Translations under genes and position numbers: made by a program | Part shown: piece after piece, positions 33,133 to 44,437 of the stretch | Position numbering within the stretch: position 1 is the stretch's first letter | Layout of the letters: each line of letters starts with the position of its first letter | Source: Trypanosoma brucei | Lineage: Eukaryota | DNA length: 64,000 bases | Direction of reading: 5' to 3' | Assembly: GCA_000002445.1 (NCBI GenBank) | Contig: CP000069.1 | Coordinates: 1,152,001-1,216,000, forward strand | Notes under the pieces: generated by a model | The model's database searches: none | What the model saw: the letters and a program-made list of their open reading frames with translations, nothing else | What the model was told of the DNA's origin: nothing

Positions 33133-34758
33133 TCAACCACTATCCCGTTGACGCCTCTCTTCCTTAAAATCACACACGCTGGCTTCCGTTGTAATCATCA
33201 ACCCTGCTACTGAGGCGGCATCCACTACGCAAGAGTTCACCACCTTCACGGGGTCGACAATACCCACTTCAAACATATCCACGTAGCGGTCATTCTGCGC
33301 ATCATAGCCCATGCAGCAGTCCTCATACTCAGCAACAGTTTCAACAGTAACAGCACCCTCCTCACCTGCATTCTCACTGATGCGTTTCATTGGAAGACGC
33401 GCCGCGTTGCGCACGATTAATATCCCAGTCCTCCGATCCTGCTCCATGTCCTCATCCTCTCTCATGAGTACATCTAACTGCTTTGACGCGTGAAGGAGGG
33501 CAGCGCCGCCGCCAGCAACAATTCCCTCCGCAAGGGCATTCCGCGCTGCGTTAACGGCATCAATCACACGGTCTTTCGACTCATTGATCTCCACGGTGGA
33601 TCGGCCACCTACGCGGATTACGGCAAACGTGCGGTTTAGTTTGGAAATCCTCTCCCGTAACTTCTCCTTCACATCCTCGGTTAAGGCCCGTTCCAGCCGT
33701 CCCTGCAACAACCGCACCCGCGGTGCCGCGTCAGCCACTCCAGCAACGACGGTGCTATCCATTGTTTGTTCCCATCGTTCCGCGCGTCCTAGCAAACAGG
33801 TGACATCATCCACAACTCCAAGGGAGCCAACCTTCTCCACTCTGCATTGACAACATGTGGCGAGATCGTGGAGCTCCTCCTCTGAAAGTTCAGGGGCGCA
33901 AACAATTCCACACAACACCACATTGTTAACGTGATTGTGTATAACGGTTTGCAGCACTGCTTCAGAAAACTGCGGGGCGACAAGTACAAGAGGTTTACCA
34001 GAATTCTTCGCGGCCCCGAGCAAGCGCAGTACATCATGAACGCTTTCAAGTTTTTCTGCAGTGATGAAAATGAAGGGGCTCTCGAGACTACTCTTAAGTT
34101 CAGTGGTGTTTGTCACCAACGCGCTGGAAACAAACCCCTGCTCCACGCTCCAACCATCGTAACGCATCCACTCAGTTGCACTGCCATTTCCACTCAACAC
34201 GGCAATGTAACCATTTACCCCTACCGACTGCACGACTCTGGCAATCAAAGCTCCCAGAGAACGTTCACCATTAGCGCTGATTGTCGCCACGTTCTCAAGC
34301 ATCTGCAAATCCTTTACTGGGCGCTTCTGTTCACTTAAGCTCTTGAGGAGGACATCGACAGCAATATCTATGCCACGTTTCAGATCCATTGGGTTGGCAC
34401 CCGTCGCAACACATTTGTAACCCTCTGCAAAAATGCTCCATGCAAGTATTGTTGCGGTTGTGGTACCATCCCCCGCAATATCATTCGTCTTTCCCGCCAC
34501 TTGTCGAATAAGTCGGGCGCCCACATCCTCGAATTGATCATTGAACTCAATGGATTGGGCAACCGTTACACCGTCTTTGGTTATCTTCGGCTCGCCTGAG
34601 GGCTGCCGAATAATGACATTTCGTCCCTTCGGGCCCAACGTTACGCCAACGGCAGTAGCGATACGCTCAATACCATTTAGCATGCGTTCTCTTGCCTCAC
34701 CACCGAAATGAATTGCCTTGCCAGCAGCCGAAGCAAGACGGCGTGTTGAATAAAGCAT
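33133..34758 (-). CDS. HSP60: Divergent chaperonin HSP60/Cpn60 (GroEL family) paralog with a mitochondrial presequence (541 aa).
   Basis: ATG at 34756-34758. Full-length GroEL-family colinearity: LGPKGRNVII; ATP-binding AGDGTTTATIL; equatorial AEGIVAGGGAALL; EVGIVDPVKVV. It lacks the C-terminal GGM repeat tail. It carries an unusual Cys cluster (VVLCGIVCAPE...ATCCQCRVEKVG) in the apical-domain region. Confidence 0.9.
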   Translation of the reverse strand: MLYSTRRLASAAGKAIHFGGEARERMLNGIERIATAVGVTLGPKGRNVIIRQPSGEPKITKDGVTVAQSIEFNDQFEDVGARLIRQVAGKTNDIAGDGTTTATILAWSIFAEGYKCVATGANPMDLKRGIDIAVDVLLKSLSEQKRPVKDLQMLENVATISANGERSLGALIARVVQSVGVNGYIAVLSGNGSATEWMRYDGWSVEQGFVSSALVTNTTELKSSLESPFIFITAEKLESVHDVLRLLGAAKNSGKPLVLVAPQFSEAVLQTVIHNHVNNVVLCGIVCAPELSEEELHDLATCCQCRVEKVGSLGVVDDVTCLLGRAERWEQTMDSTVVAGVADAAPRVRLLQGRLERALTEDVKEKLRERISKLNRTFAVIRVGGRSTVEINESKDRVIDAVNAARNALAEGIVAGGGAALLHASKQLDVLMREDEDMEQDRRTGILIVRNAARLPMKRISENAGEEGAVTVETVAEYEDCCMGYDAQNDRYVDMFEVGIVDPVKVVNSCVVDAASVAGLMITTEASVCDFKEERRQRDSG

Positions 34759-34886
34759 GATGTTCGTCCGTTATTTCTTTTACTTGTTTATTTTTAAACT
34801 ACAGGCACTGCTCCTCCGATCCCGATGGTCCAACCCCCTCGTTTATACACGCGGACGTTTTTAATGTCGATACGGAAAGTGTTTAA

Positions 34887-34916
34887 TGTTGTTGTTGTTG
34901 TTGTTGTTTTTTTTAC
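34887..34916. repeat. (TGT)7 plus T8 tract
   Basis: tgttgttgttgttgttgttgtttttttt read directly in the HSP60 5' region. Confidence 0.9.
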
Positions 34917-34949
34917 CCACCCCTTTCTCGTCACACTCCTGCCTTCGCT

Positions 34950-34992
34950 AACGTAACTCTAAAAGGAAAAACAAATAAACGGAAATAGCACT
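34950..34992 (-). promoter_or_regulatory. Polypyrimidine tract plus AG trans-splice acceptor candidate for the HSP60 paralog.
   Basis: The plus strand is purine-rich (aaaaggaaaaacaaataaacggaaatagca). Its reverse complement is tttccgtttatttgtttttcctttt followed by AG, about 200 nt upstream of the ATG at 34758. Confidence 0.4.
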
Positions 34993-35230
34993 TACGCGCA
35001 ACCACGTGGTTAATAGACAGTGTTAAAGGCGGAACAAAAATTATTATCGGCCGTATACATCATTCCATGAACAGCTGTTAAAAGGAAACTAACACAACAA
35101 GAGCAAGTAATACCAACGTCACTCTCTTTTCTTCGCCCTAATCACTTACTTGCACTCACTCATCACCGCTTTTATTTCAAATGGGTTGGGTGGGCAAATT
35201 TGTTCCGCCGCACCATCAAAGTACCGACAT

Positions 35231-37624
35231 TCAAGTGTGAGAAATGCGTTGCAACATGGCTCGCTGTCTAGAAAGATCCATCTGCAGTCGTGAAGTTGCG
35301 CTATTCAATTCCGATGGATCCACATGCGGTTCTATACGTTTTGCCGGGGGCTCACGGACCACCACCTCGGCGCTTTGCCTCGCCACTTCCTTCCGCAGAC
35401 GCTCATTAGTCGCGCTAGACTCCATGGCGTACCGTTGAAGATCCTCAAATCGTCGCAGGAGTTCAACCTTTTCTTCTTCAAAAGATTTACGCTCTTGCCG
35501 AAGTGCCTCGCGCTCTGCAGCGATTTCGTCACACAACCGCTTTTGTTCGCGGCGCATTTCACCAATGGCAACACGATCCTCCTCCATCGCATCCACTTTT
35601 GCTGCGTATGCTTCCTCTTGAGCGCGTAAGGATTTGAGTAATTCCGCTTCATCATTGTTCCGCCGTTCTCGAAGCATTGCGGCTTCGGTCCGCTCACGAG
35701 AAATTGCCATTCGTTCTTCCTGTAACTCAGCCATGGCATGCAGTTTTTTTGCCATGAACTCCTCATACTGTTGTTCAAAGAGTTTTCGCTCCTGCGATAC
35801 CTCGTGGAGCATTAACCTCCTGTCCTTCTCAAGCTGCTCTCGCAACGTTTCATAGTGTGCTTGAGACTCCTGGCAACGGCGGCGCTCCTCTGCAGCTTCT
35901 CTTGTGAAGTTGGACAACCCAATGTCAAACTTTGCATACAACGAGGCAATACGAGCCCGCTCCTTCTCCATTTCCCCTTTCGTATATTTGATCTCTTCAA
36001 GCACAGAGTCCACTAGTGCCTTCTGCTCATTAATGAGTCGTTCTTTTTGTCGGAGTACCTCAAGTCGCTCATCGGTGACAGCCTCATTCATCTGCGTTGC
36101 TTTCTCCATATCCTTGTGCAGCACTTCAACTATCTTTTGCAACTCGGCGGCGTTCTTTGTATGTGCTTCAAAAGATTCTACGTGCTGCATATGCAATCTA
36201 TCACTGTGTGCTGACGATTCAGCATACCGCTTCTCCATCGCCGCAAGCTCCGTACGATGCATCTCTTCGGAGTGCGCACGAGCAAGCTCCAACTGACGCC
36301 GCGCTTCCTCCAACTGGTTTTCATATCTCCGTTTCATGTCGTCAAGTTGTGTTTGCAAAAACTTCTGATCCCGTTCGCGAATGCCTGCATCTTCGCGATC
36401 ACGTCGCTGACTTTCCATGCGGGTTATCTCGTCGCGCAACTCCCTCTCGTTCTTGGCTCGCTCCTCACGATCCTCCAGATCACGTTTTCGACGAGCTTCA
36501 CGCTCCTCATCATCCTTCGCGATCTTCGCATCAATTAACGTCCGAAATCGTTCCTCACGGTCCTCCATTGCAGCCCAAAAACGCTCCTCGCGTTCCTTTA
36601 CTTCTTTCTGTAGCCATTCCCGTCGTTCCAATTCCTCACGACGGTCCCGCACCTCACGCTCCTTGCGATATCGCTCATCTTTTAAGAGCCGTTCCCTCTC
36701 TGCTGCAACAACAGACAAGTTGAGCTCGTGGAACACTTCACGAACATCCTGCGCGAGGCGTTGAAAAAGAGTTCGTGCTGCTTCCTCCTGCTCCAGCCGC
36801 CGAAGGTGTACTGCACGTTCCCTTTCACGCTGTCGGCGGCGCTGGCTCTCAATATTCGCGACTGGCTGCTCCTCTTGCGGCAGGCCCGTTTTCGCTTCCA
36901 TCCCGGTTGCACCGGTAGGAAATCCAATTGCAGGTGCGCCCCCTACGGTGTTCCTCATAGCCCGCGCTTCTATCTCCATTTCTCTTTGTTTCTCTTCTTG
37001 CAACCGCTTGAACTCCTCCATTTGCGCCCGCAGTTCCTCCTGTTGCCGTTGCAGGGCCTTTTCCCTCCGCTCTTGCTCCTCTTGCATCTGCCGCATCTGT
37101 TGTTCGTATTGTTCCTTTGCAGCCTTAGCCGCCTCCTCCGAGAAGAGTTCCTTGCGTGCAGGTTGCCTTCCTGAGCTTGGTGGATCGCTTCCTCCACTAC
37201 TGGATGCCGAAGGCGGCGCAACGGGTATTTCATCGTCAAAATCCTCTGAGTACTTATCAAATGAATCATCATCATACGTGTAGTCGTAATCATCGGAGGT
37301 TTTAGCTTTTCCTCCACTTTCGGTTCCACTAGCAGCGCTCACCGATGCGGTGCTGATTGTTTCCTTTGTGTCCTTCCCTCCCTTCTTATTTGTGCTTTTC
37401 TCCTCTTTGGATTTTGATTTCTTTTCCTTTTTATCTTTTTTCTTCTTTTTCTTCTTGCTCTTTTCCTTCTTTTTTTCCTCCTTCTTTTTGCTCTCCACTT
37501 CCTCTCCATCAAAGTCAGACTGGACGTAGGCATCCTCACCCTCATAGAACTCGTCTAACACGTCAAACGAAAACTGTTTGGTCGGTTGTCTCTGAAGACT
37601 CGGCGCCCCTTTTAGTGACGACAT
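35231..37624 (-). CDS. Highly charged coiled-coil protein (797 aa from the first ATG) with a poly-Lys N-terminal tract and an Arg/Glu-rich coiled coil (trichohyalin/plectin-like composition).
   Basis: The listed start at 37687 is GTG. The first ATG is at 37622-37624. The 21 codons upstream translate a polypyrimidine tract (FLFYIFTFVI). The KKEEKKKEKSKKKKKKKDKKEKKSKSKEEK tract lies at about 37380-37500. About 550 aa show E/R/K heptad periodicity. Confidence 0.65.
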   Translation of the reverse strand: MSSLKGAPSLQRQPTKQFSFDVLDEFYEGEDAYVQSDFDGEEVESKKKEEKKKEKSKKKKKKKDKKEKKSKSKEEKSTNKKGGKDTKETISTASVSAASGTESGGKAKTSDDYDYTYDDDSFDKYSEDFDDEIPVAPPSASSSGGSDPPSSGRQPARKELFSEEAAKAAKEQYEQQMRQMQEEQERREKALQRQQEELRAQMEEFKRLQEEKQREMEIEARAMRNTVGGAPAIGFPTGATGMEAKTGLPQEEQPVANIESQRRRQRERERAVHLRRLEQEEAARTLFQRLAQDVREVFHELNLSVVAAERERLLKDERYRKEREVRDRREELERREWLQKEVKEREERFWAAMEDREERFRTLIDAKIAKDDEEREARRKRDLEDREERAKNERELRDEITRMESQRRDREDAGIRERDQKFLQTQLDDMKRRYENQLEEARRQLELARAHSEEMHRTELAAMEKRYAESSAHSDRLHMQHVESFEAHTKNAAELQKIVEVLHKDMEKATQMNEAVTDERLEVLRQKERLINEQKALVDSVLEEIKYTKGEMEKERARIASLYAKFDIGLSNFTREAAEERRRCQESQAHYETLREQLEKDRRLMLHEVSQERKLFEQQYEEFMAKKLHAMAELQEERMAISRERTEAAMLRERRNNDEAELLKSLRAQEEAYAAKVDAMEEDRVAIGEMRREQKRLCDEIAAEREALRQERKSFEEEKVELLRRFEDLQRYAMESSATNERLRKEVARQSAEVVVREPPAKRIEPHVDPSELNSATSRLQMDLSRQRAMLQRISHT

Positions 37625-38434
37625 ACTGTTGATAATAACAAAAGTGAAGATGTAAAATAAAAAAACCGTTCTGTATATTTTGTCCACACGGTTTTAGCGT
37701 ACGTCACTGGCTAAGTCTATATTTATAATTTGTCTGTTTATGAGTAATTCTATGGGTCTCAGCGCCGTTCCGGCAACCGAAGTCCTCACGTCTTAGCGCC
37801 CGTTGTTTCCACGGTGAATAGAGGCCCTTTTCCCCTTTTGCGTGGACGGTATTTGCGGCCCCGGCTTGGCAGCAGACGCATACGACGACGAGATGATAAA
37901 AGAAAGAGTAAATAAAATACAAAAGACGAAGCAGTGAACCAAGGGAGAGGCGAAGGCGGTGACAAACGCGGCAAATGAAACTTACACATGGCCAAAAGAA
38001 GCGGCGATATTGGTAATCACAATACCACCCAAGTATACCGGGAGCGTATTCTGCTTTCCCTTTCCCACAGCGATCATCACAATTTCCCTTTTTATTGTGG
38101 GGTGCAAAACTCAACGGGAAACAAGAGATGTAAAAAGAAAATAAAACATCCCCTAAGGCGGGAACAGAGTTGGACACCATGCGCTCGCCCCCGCCCCACC
38201 AAGTAAAAGCCAATACAAACACATAAGCAAGCACACAAACATATGAATATATAAACATATAAATATGTACAAGCGAAATAAGAACAAGGGGAGGCAAGTT
38301 CACAAGAGTATCACAACCAAAAAGGTGCGTAGAACAGCACCAAACGCTCCAACAACAACAACAAAAGCAACAACAATATGTTAACCGGTTCAAGTCCCAA
38401 CGAGAGCAACACCACCAAGGAGGGTCATTTAGCG

Positions 38435-39616
38435 CTACGATTTCCACATAGAAGAGACCCAACCTGTCAAATTTTCCTTCCAAGACGGGCCACCAGCACC
38501 GCTAAATTTGTAGCGTTCACGCAATTTGTTTGCATCCTCACGACTCCCCGACTTTAACCACGCGATTGGTTGAAATCCAAACCGCATCACCCAAGTCGAT
38601 GCGATGTCTAGAAACTCGACGACGTCGCACGAGGGATATGATTGCAAGAATGGAAGAATAGTGCCTAAATGGTCCAACGCCAGTATATCATCCCGCTTAT
38701 ACACCAACATGGCAGCGGCAATGTAAATAACTACGCCACATATATCTTCCCCAAAAGAAAAAATAAAATCCCATATCCTAAACACATCGGGAACATTAAA
38801 CTCCTGAGTGAACAGCAGGGTTAACCAACGAAATGCATAAAACTCGGAGCGTATTTCGTTGGTCTCCAGGTGATCCCAAAGTTCTGGGTCTACAAACTGG
38901 ACGATGCGCTCAAAATTTCTAATGGTACTCATAACTCCCGTGTTCTTGTCAAAGTCAAGAGTACGACAGAAATCATCCCCTAGGTGTGAGAGCATTCTCT
39001 GGAAGAAAAAGAACACGTCCGCCTCCACAGTTTCGTCAACGGCAGAAGGTTCACCACACGTGAAGGCAAAGAGCAAGTGGCCCACGAGCTCATTCATGCC
39101 TTGTACGTAGCCAAACCCTTTATTAACCCCAGCGAAGGTGTGAAGGATGCGACGCAGACATTGCTGCATTGGGGAAAAGGTTGTGGGGATGCCCTCTATC
39201 ACCGTGAAGTCACGCTCCAAATTGAAAAAATGCATAGTGGGCATTGTGCGCGGGATGTCAATATCAATTTCACGGTTACTATTCTCACAGATAACGACGT
39301 TATTATTTTCGTCTAGCGTGCATATAAGACGCACAAGCTCCTTATACTCACTCGCCTTCTTACTCTCAATCGCTTCCCACCCAGTTACATCATGTGGAAA
39401 AAGTCCAATCATCAACTTCCAGTAAGTTCGACGGATCCTGTCATGAACACCACGTCGGCACATGAGAGTGGCATTTGAAATGTCAACAACAGGACCTGCT
39501 ACAACGGCAGCACATGCGGCTTCGGTTGATTCCACGGAGCGCAGCATCGATCTGTTTCCTTTCGCGTCACTCTCATCGTCACCGCTAACCAGAGACGGAG
39601 GCGGGAAGCCAGACAT
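38435..39616 (-). CDS. TBC-domain Rab GTPase-activating protein (393 aa from the internal ATG).
   Basis: TBC catalytic dual-finger motifs: IDIDIPR (the IxxDxxR arginine finger) and GYVQGMNEL (the YxQ glutamine finger). The listed start at 39853 is GTG. The upstream 79 codons are low-complexity and translate a C/T-rich region. I chose ATG 39614-39616 (MSGFPPPSL...). An ATG at 39848-39850 cannot be excluded. Confidence 0.75.
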   Translation of the reverse strand: MSGFPPPSLVSGDDESDAKGNRSMLRSVESTEAACAAVVAGPVVDISNATLMCRRGVHDRIRRTYWKLMIGLFPHDVTGWEAIESKKASEYKELVRLICTLDENNNVVICENSNREIDIDIPRTMPTMHFFNLERDFTVIEGIPTTFSPMQQCLRRILHTFAGVNKGFGYVQGMNELVGHLLFAFTCGEPSAVDETVEADVFFFFQRMLSHLGDDFCRTLDFDKNTGVMSTIRNFERIVQFVDPELWDHLETNEIRSEFYAFRWLTLLFTQEFNVPDVFRIWDFIFSFGEDICGVVIYIAAAMLVYKRDDILALDHLGTILPFLQSYPSCDVVEFLDIASTWVMRFGFQPIAWLKSGSREDANKLRERYKFSGAGGPSWKENLTGWVSSMWKS

Positions 39617-40408
39617 GTTCCCCTCCCTCCCCCCCTCCTCTTCTCTCCCTTCTTTTTTTTTCCCTTGCACGAAGTGCCGAAACCTCCTTTCCTCTGTTAA
39701 ACAGGGAGGGAAAAGGACTTTTAAAAAGATACTAATACTGATATATACCCTTACTTGCGACAAGCCAGTGAAGAAAAAGACATCAAATACTTGCACATGG
39801 AATATTACATGCAGATATTTAAAAACACATGTTTGAATGGAGCAGCACATCACTGATGTAGAACTTCATATTCCACACAAAACGTTTTAGCCCACTTCAC
39901 AAACTGTATCCTGAAACTGAAATATGTACAGCGAGGGGACGGACCGCATAAAACCCTTACTAATCATATGCATAACACTACTAGTAACTGCTAAAACAAT
40001 GTTCATGGGAATAATACACACTGCTATGAAAACGTACCAGTTCCCTCGTGCCACTCCATCAACTTCATTGGAAGATGCCTCAATACAAATAAAACGAGAA
40101 ACACTTTTCCCTCAATCTTCACACTCACCTACAAATAAACATAAGCACTCATTCCCATATCCCCGCCAAGTCCAATCCCTACTCTATCACTTATGCACGG
40201 GAATGCTATAACCCACGCACAGATGATAGCAATGAGGCACTGAGTTGCGAAACCGGACGAATGAGATTAGATGTCCGCCTCGACTAAACAAAGGGGAATT
40301 GAAAGGAAATAAGTTTCTACGCGTCTTTTGTGAGTGTATGTGCATGCGTGTGTGTTTACCGCACATGCAAGGCGATAAACGTTACGCGGAGACCTCAACG
40401 TTACACGT

Positions 40409-40723
40409 TTACGGCAATGGGTTCATCATGTCGAAAAGGGAAAGTAGAGCCCTTGTGGGAGTCAGTTGCGTGTCAATGATTGGATACACAAGTGCCATCC
40501 GCCCGTCTGGAAGCGCAACATACGCGCGACGCTCAATGCGGTCACATGTGTTTTCCTCCTCATCTGCAAGTGAACCACGATAGTACGATTGTTTGGCGAG
40601 AATAGCAGCAGCCGCTACGCCAAACATAAGCTTGGGAGTGTGATATGCCGTGCGGTGAAGTGTGCTCGCAAATGTCGCAGGCGTAAAGTACGACCAAAGG
40701 GGGCGCTTAACCACAGGTGGCAT
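40409..40723 (-). CDS. Small hypothetical protein (104 aa) with one hydrophobic helix.
   Basis: ATG at 40721-40723. Candidate TM LMFGVAAAAILAKQSYY. No family recognised. Confidence 0.4.
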   Translation of the reverse strand: MPPVVKRPLWSYFTPATFASTLHRTAYHTPKLMFGVAAAAILAKQSYYRGSLADEEENTCDRIERRAYVALPDGRMALVYPIIDTQLTPTRALLSLFDMMNPLP

Positions 40724-42762
40724 TTGTCCTCTTTATACGGATCGTAATGGTAACAAGTTATTTTTCCCTTTTTTTTCTTTTGATTCTTTCTTTTTTCCCC
40801 CTGATAACTTCCTTTTTGTTTTCTCCTTCTTCCGCTTCCCCGAACCATCAAACAATAAAACCGAAAGGAAAAACGGCGCATTTACGATTAAAACAAAAAG
40901 TGACGATTGGATGCAACAACTCCGACTACACACAAATACGCAACAAATGTGGGAAAAGCTTTTGCCGACATTGAGGTGCCAAATCCACGCCCACACAATA
41001 ATACACACATGCAAGGAAGATTTAAAGGGAACTAAGAAATATTAGAAACTTTTTCTTGTCTTCCGCATACACGCACACGCATAGGGCAGAAACATATCAC
41101 CAACAAAAGAAAAAAACTCATAGTAGGAAAAGTTATTTTCCCCCTACATTAGAAACAGAGCACTTTCCCTAACAATCCACCAATACAGATTTTGACAGGG
41201 CGTCAACAAGTTATGAGGCAACCACATAGTGCAAAAAAAAAAAAAGGCTCTCGATGCCTCAGTGTTAATGCGTAATGTGTGGAACTGCATCATAACCTCA
41301 TGTCTGCGATCATATGAGTAGCATAAATATGAATATGAATATGTGCGGATGCGTGAGATTCCTCATAGTTTTGTACGCGACTTCGACACAGTCAACTGCA
41401 GCCGTCACAACAGTGCCAAAAAACATTGCCATACGGCCTACTGAATCTCGCTACGGTAATTGTGCAACGGACTTTAATGCACCAAAATTCTTACAAAAAA
41501 AAACGCAAACCGATATGCATAAACAAACACCTACACATCCGGCACGGGATAGAAATCTACTCAAAAACGAGCTCAACAAAATTCTCCACAATTTGGTGCT
41601 GCAGACATTTTTTAAAAAAATATGGGGGCCTTGGCGCCGGTCAGGACAGTTCGGGTGTGCACGAGCGCATGCCAGAGAATAAGCGTAAATGCAATATCTA
41701 CTACCAAGTAAAGAAAAAGAAAGTGACTGTACGTTTGGTAACTTGATGAAAAGGAATTTAAAAAGGGGGGAGGGAATGAAGAAGACGAAGAAAGGGGAAA
41801 AAAAAAAGAAATGAGGAGGCAGCGGGTAAACCGCAAGTGGCAAAAGATGAAGGGACCATCAAACAAATAGTGAAGGAAAGCGAAGCATTGGCCCAAAGGC
41901 CAGCACGCCATCGCCACTGGGAACACATATTTAAGTCGAGTCAAGGTAAAGAAAACATAGCGGAGAGAAAAACCCCGTCTGCATGCGTTAGGGTTATGGA
42001 CTTTACAATTGTCCTATTCTTTCTTACGCTTTTCCCTCTTTTCCTTTTTTGTTTCTCGTTTCTATTCTCTGTTTTTTTTTCTTTTTCTTTCTTATATATA
42101 TGTAATTTTGTTTTCATTCCCGTCTATTCGAAATACATCTCCTCCTTCTCCTTTCAGCTTCCTCTTTTTTTCTTTTCCTTTCTTCCGTTCACTCACATAC
42201 GACCCTTTCGAATATAAAACAAAAACTGGTGCCGAAAGTCCCAAAATGCTCATATACGCGGAGAAAGGGTGAAAAAATAATCATAACGAACATCAAAAAT
42301 AAATATAAAGATGAAAGACCAGCGCAGGTATATCATACATAAACAACTCCGCAAGCGTTAGGAAAAAAGGGTGCTGATAAAAAGACGAAGCAATAATAAT
42401 CAAAAAAAAAATGCTCCGCGTTAAGAAAACTCTTATCATCCTTCTTTTCTGTGCTGGCGCCTTCTTTTTTTTTTTTGCGTGTGTGTGCCAATGACTTTTT
42501 CTCTCCCGCATTGGGTACGCGCAGTCACACCAGCACAGACGTATATAAAATATATTATTTTTTTTTTCTTTAACTTTATACATTTATCAAAACAAACAAA
42601 CAAAGAAACGTACCTTCATTTCGCTCTCCCTCCTTTTCCCCTTCCCCTTTTTTTCAAATTCTTTATATATATATTAATTTTCCTTTCATAATTCTTTCTC
42701 ATTTATTTTTAATTCAGATTCCTTTTTTTTTTTTTGAGCTTACGGCCCAAATACACTGGCCA

Positions 42763-43110
42763 CTAAGAGCGAGTGAAATAAAACTTAATGCAGCATTTAC
42801 CTTCATTAGTATCCTGAGAAGAACTGCTGGTGCGTAAAACCCAACCTTCCGCGTCAAGGCACTCAATGATGACGAGAGACACGGCGGCGCGGTGCAGTTC
42901 GTCACAAAAGTGTTGACTTAATTCCATCTTCCATGATTCGGGGTTTTTGCTGTGCACAAAATAAGAAGGTTCACGAGAACGGCTGAGTGCAGTGGAAAGC
43001 ACGGTGGGAATACGTTCCTCCATGTGCTTAATCGTATCCTCCCGCAGCGGTGAACCAACAATGCTGAAAGCTGGAGGGCTGAAAGTTGCAGTGACAACGA
43101 GGTTTGGCAT
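42763..43110 (-). CDS. Small hypothetical protein (115 aa from the internal ATG). Roadblock/longin-like fold is only a guess.
   Basis: The ORF track gives 146 aa. The first 31 codons are Lys-rich junk. The ATG at 43108-43110 is preceded in the mRNA sense by ctttgttttttcttttgtt, a polypyrimidine tract plus AG. Confidence 0.4.
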   Translation of the reverse strand: MPNLVVTATFSPPAFSIVGSPLREDTIKHMEERIPTVLSTALSRSREPSYFVHSKNPESWKMELSQHFCDELHRAAVSLVIIECLDAEGWVLRTSSSSQDTNEGKCCIKFYFTRS

Positions 43111-44437
43111 TTTTTTTTCTTTTTTCTTTCCTCCTTGTTTTATTGTCCTTAACAAAAGAAAAAACAAAGATTTACTTTGTAGGTGTGCTTGGTTCTTAGT
43201 CACCTGTCAGTGTAGACGTAACCGGCACTCACCCTCTGTTACCTTCTAGTTTGTGAAAAAAAAAATGATAATAATAACGCTTATTAAAGGTTTAAGCGTA
43301 CACCGAATCTTGGGTTGCTTTGCCTTCTTGCTTTAATTCTCAACGACGTTACTTCTAAGGAGAGGTTACAAAAACAAGAATTGGATGAAAGACAAAAAAA
43401 ATGGAATTGTGAAGTTTACATGAATACGTGCTTCATAAGGGGAAATTTTCATTTTAGACGTTTATTTACGTTTTGCATTCATTCTCTTTTTTTTTTCTTC
43501 TTCCTTTTTTGTCGTTTTCTTTCTTTTTGTCAACATCTCCTTCCTTTTGACCTCCGCACAGCAACAACATCAACAACATAAACGAACAGACGGTAATTGG
43601 TGATCCCTAAATATTGCAAACACTTCCTTCACTTGTGAAAGGAGCGGGAATGGGACGAGCGGCGGAGACGAACGAAACACGAAACTGTACGCCGCACTGC
43701 ATCTCAGTTCAGTGATACAACAATAGTGGAGCGATCTCCCTTTTGGTTTTTTTTTCACAATGGCAACATGTCCATATGGAACAGGTCGAAAACAGTTAAA
43801 TTTATTTTATTAACTGACATTCGGCATGTCTACTTTATGTGGTGCACTCCAAAAAAAGACCTCTTTGAGGAAAGTTCAACAACAAACTTATCATATGGCC
43901 CCCATATTAACCTCCTCTTCCCTCAGAAACGAACACCAAAAACATATTGCAAATGACGGTAACATAACCAAACGCAGAAACAAAAGGAAATAAATTATGG
44001 GAAATAATAGTAGGCAAGAACAGCCGTATGAGAAAGAGGAAGCAAGCAGAGCCAAAAGCGAATAATTCATGGGCCTCACACACACATACAGGTACCAATA
44101 TAGTTTACTTTCCTGTTTGTTTGGTGGTTACTTCTGGTTTGAAGAGTTAAAATACTCGCAGCCACAGGTAAAAGAGTGAAGATGGTCACTCAACCAACGT
44201 AAATGCTTGCAGCGTGTCGCACTACCGGAATGAAAGCGGGAACACATAAATAAAGAAGTACATGAGGCGATAAGACCTCACAGATCAGTGAGCGATCGAG
44301 ACGTACACCACACAACGTAAAAAGACAAAAACAAGTAAATAATATATATAGTAGCTAATATTTGTATGTCACGCCACAATCAACGGTGTGTTGATTCAAC
44401 TATTTGCATCTAAAGAAAGGGAGGAGGGGAAGAAACG

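Noticed and set aside
36097-36723. 208-aa plus-strand ORF (and several other plus ORFs 35634-37283) inside the coiled-coil gene
   Set aside because: They are antisense to a strongly periodic Arg/Glu coding region. Repetitive codon content suppresses stops on the opposite strand. It is also the wrong orientation for this transcription unit.
37625-37687. Apparent N-terminal signal peptide/TM (MDKIYRTVFLFYIFTFVIINS) on the 818-aa coiled-coil ORF
   Set aside because: The first codon is GTG. The segment is a translated polypyrimidine tract, and the first real ATG is at 37624.
37704-38483. 259-aa Cys-rich ORF (CCCFCCCCWSVWCC...)
   Set aside because: It lies wholly in the spacer between two genes. 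Its composition is what a C/T-rich processing region gives on translation. It has no ATG context with an upstream polypyrimidine tract.
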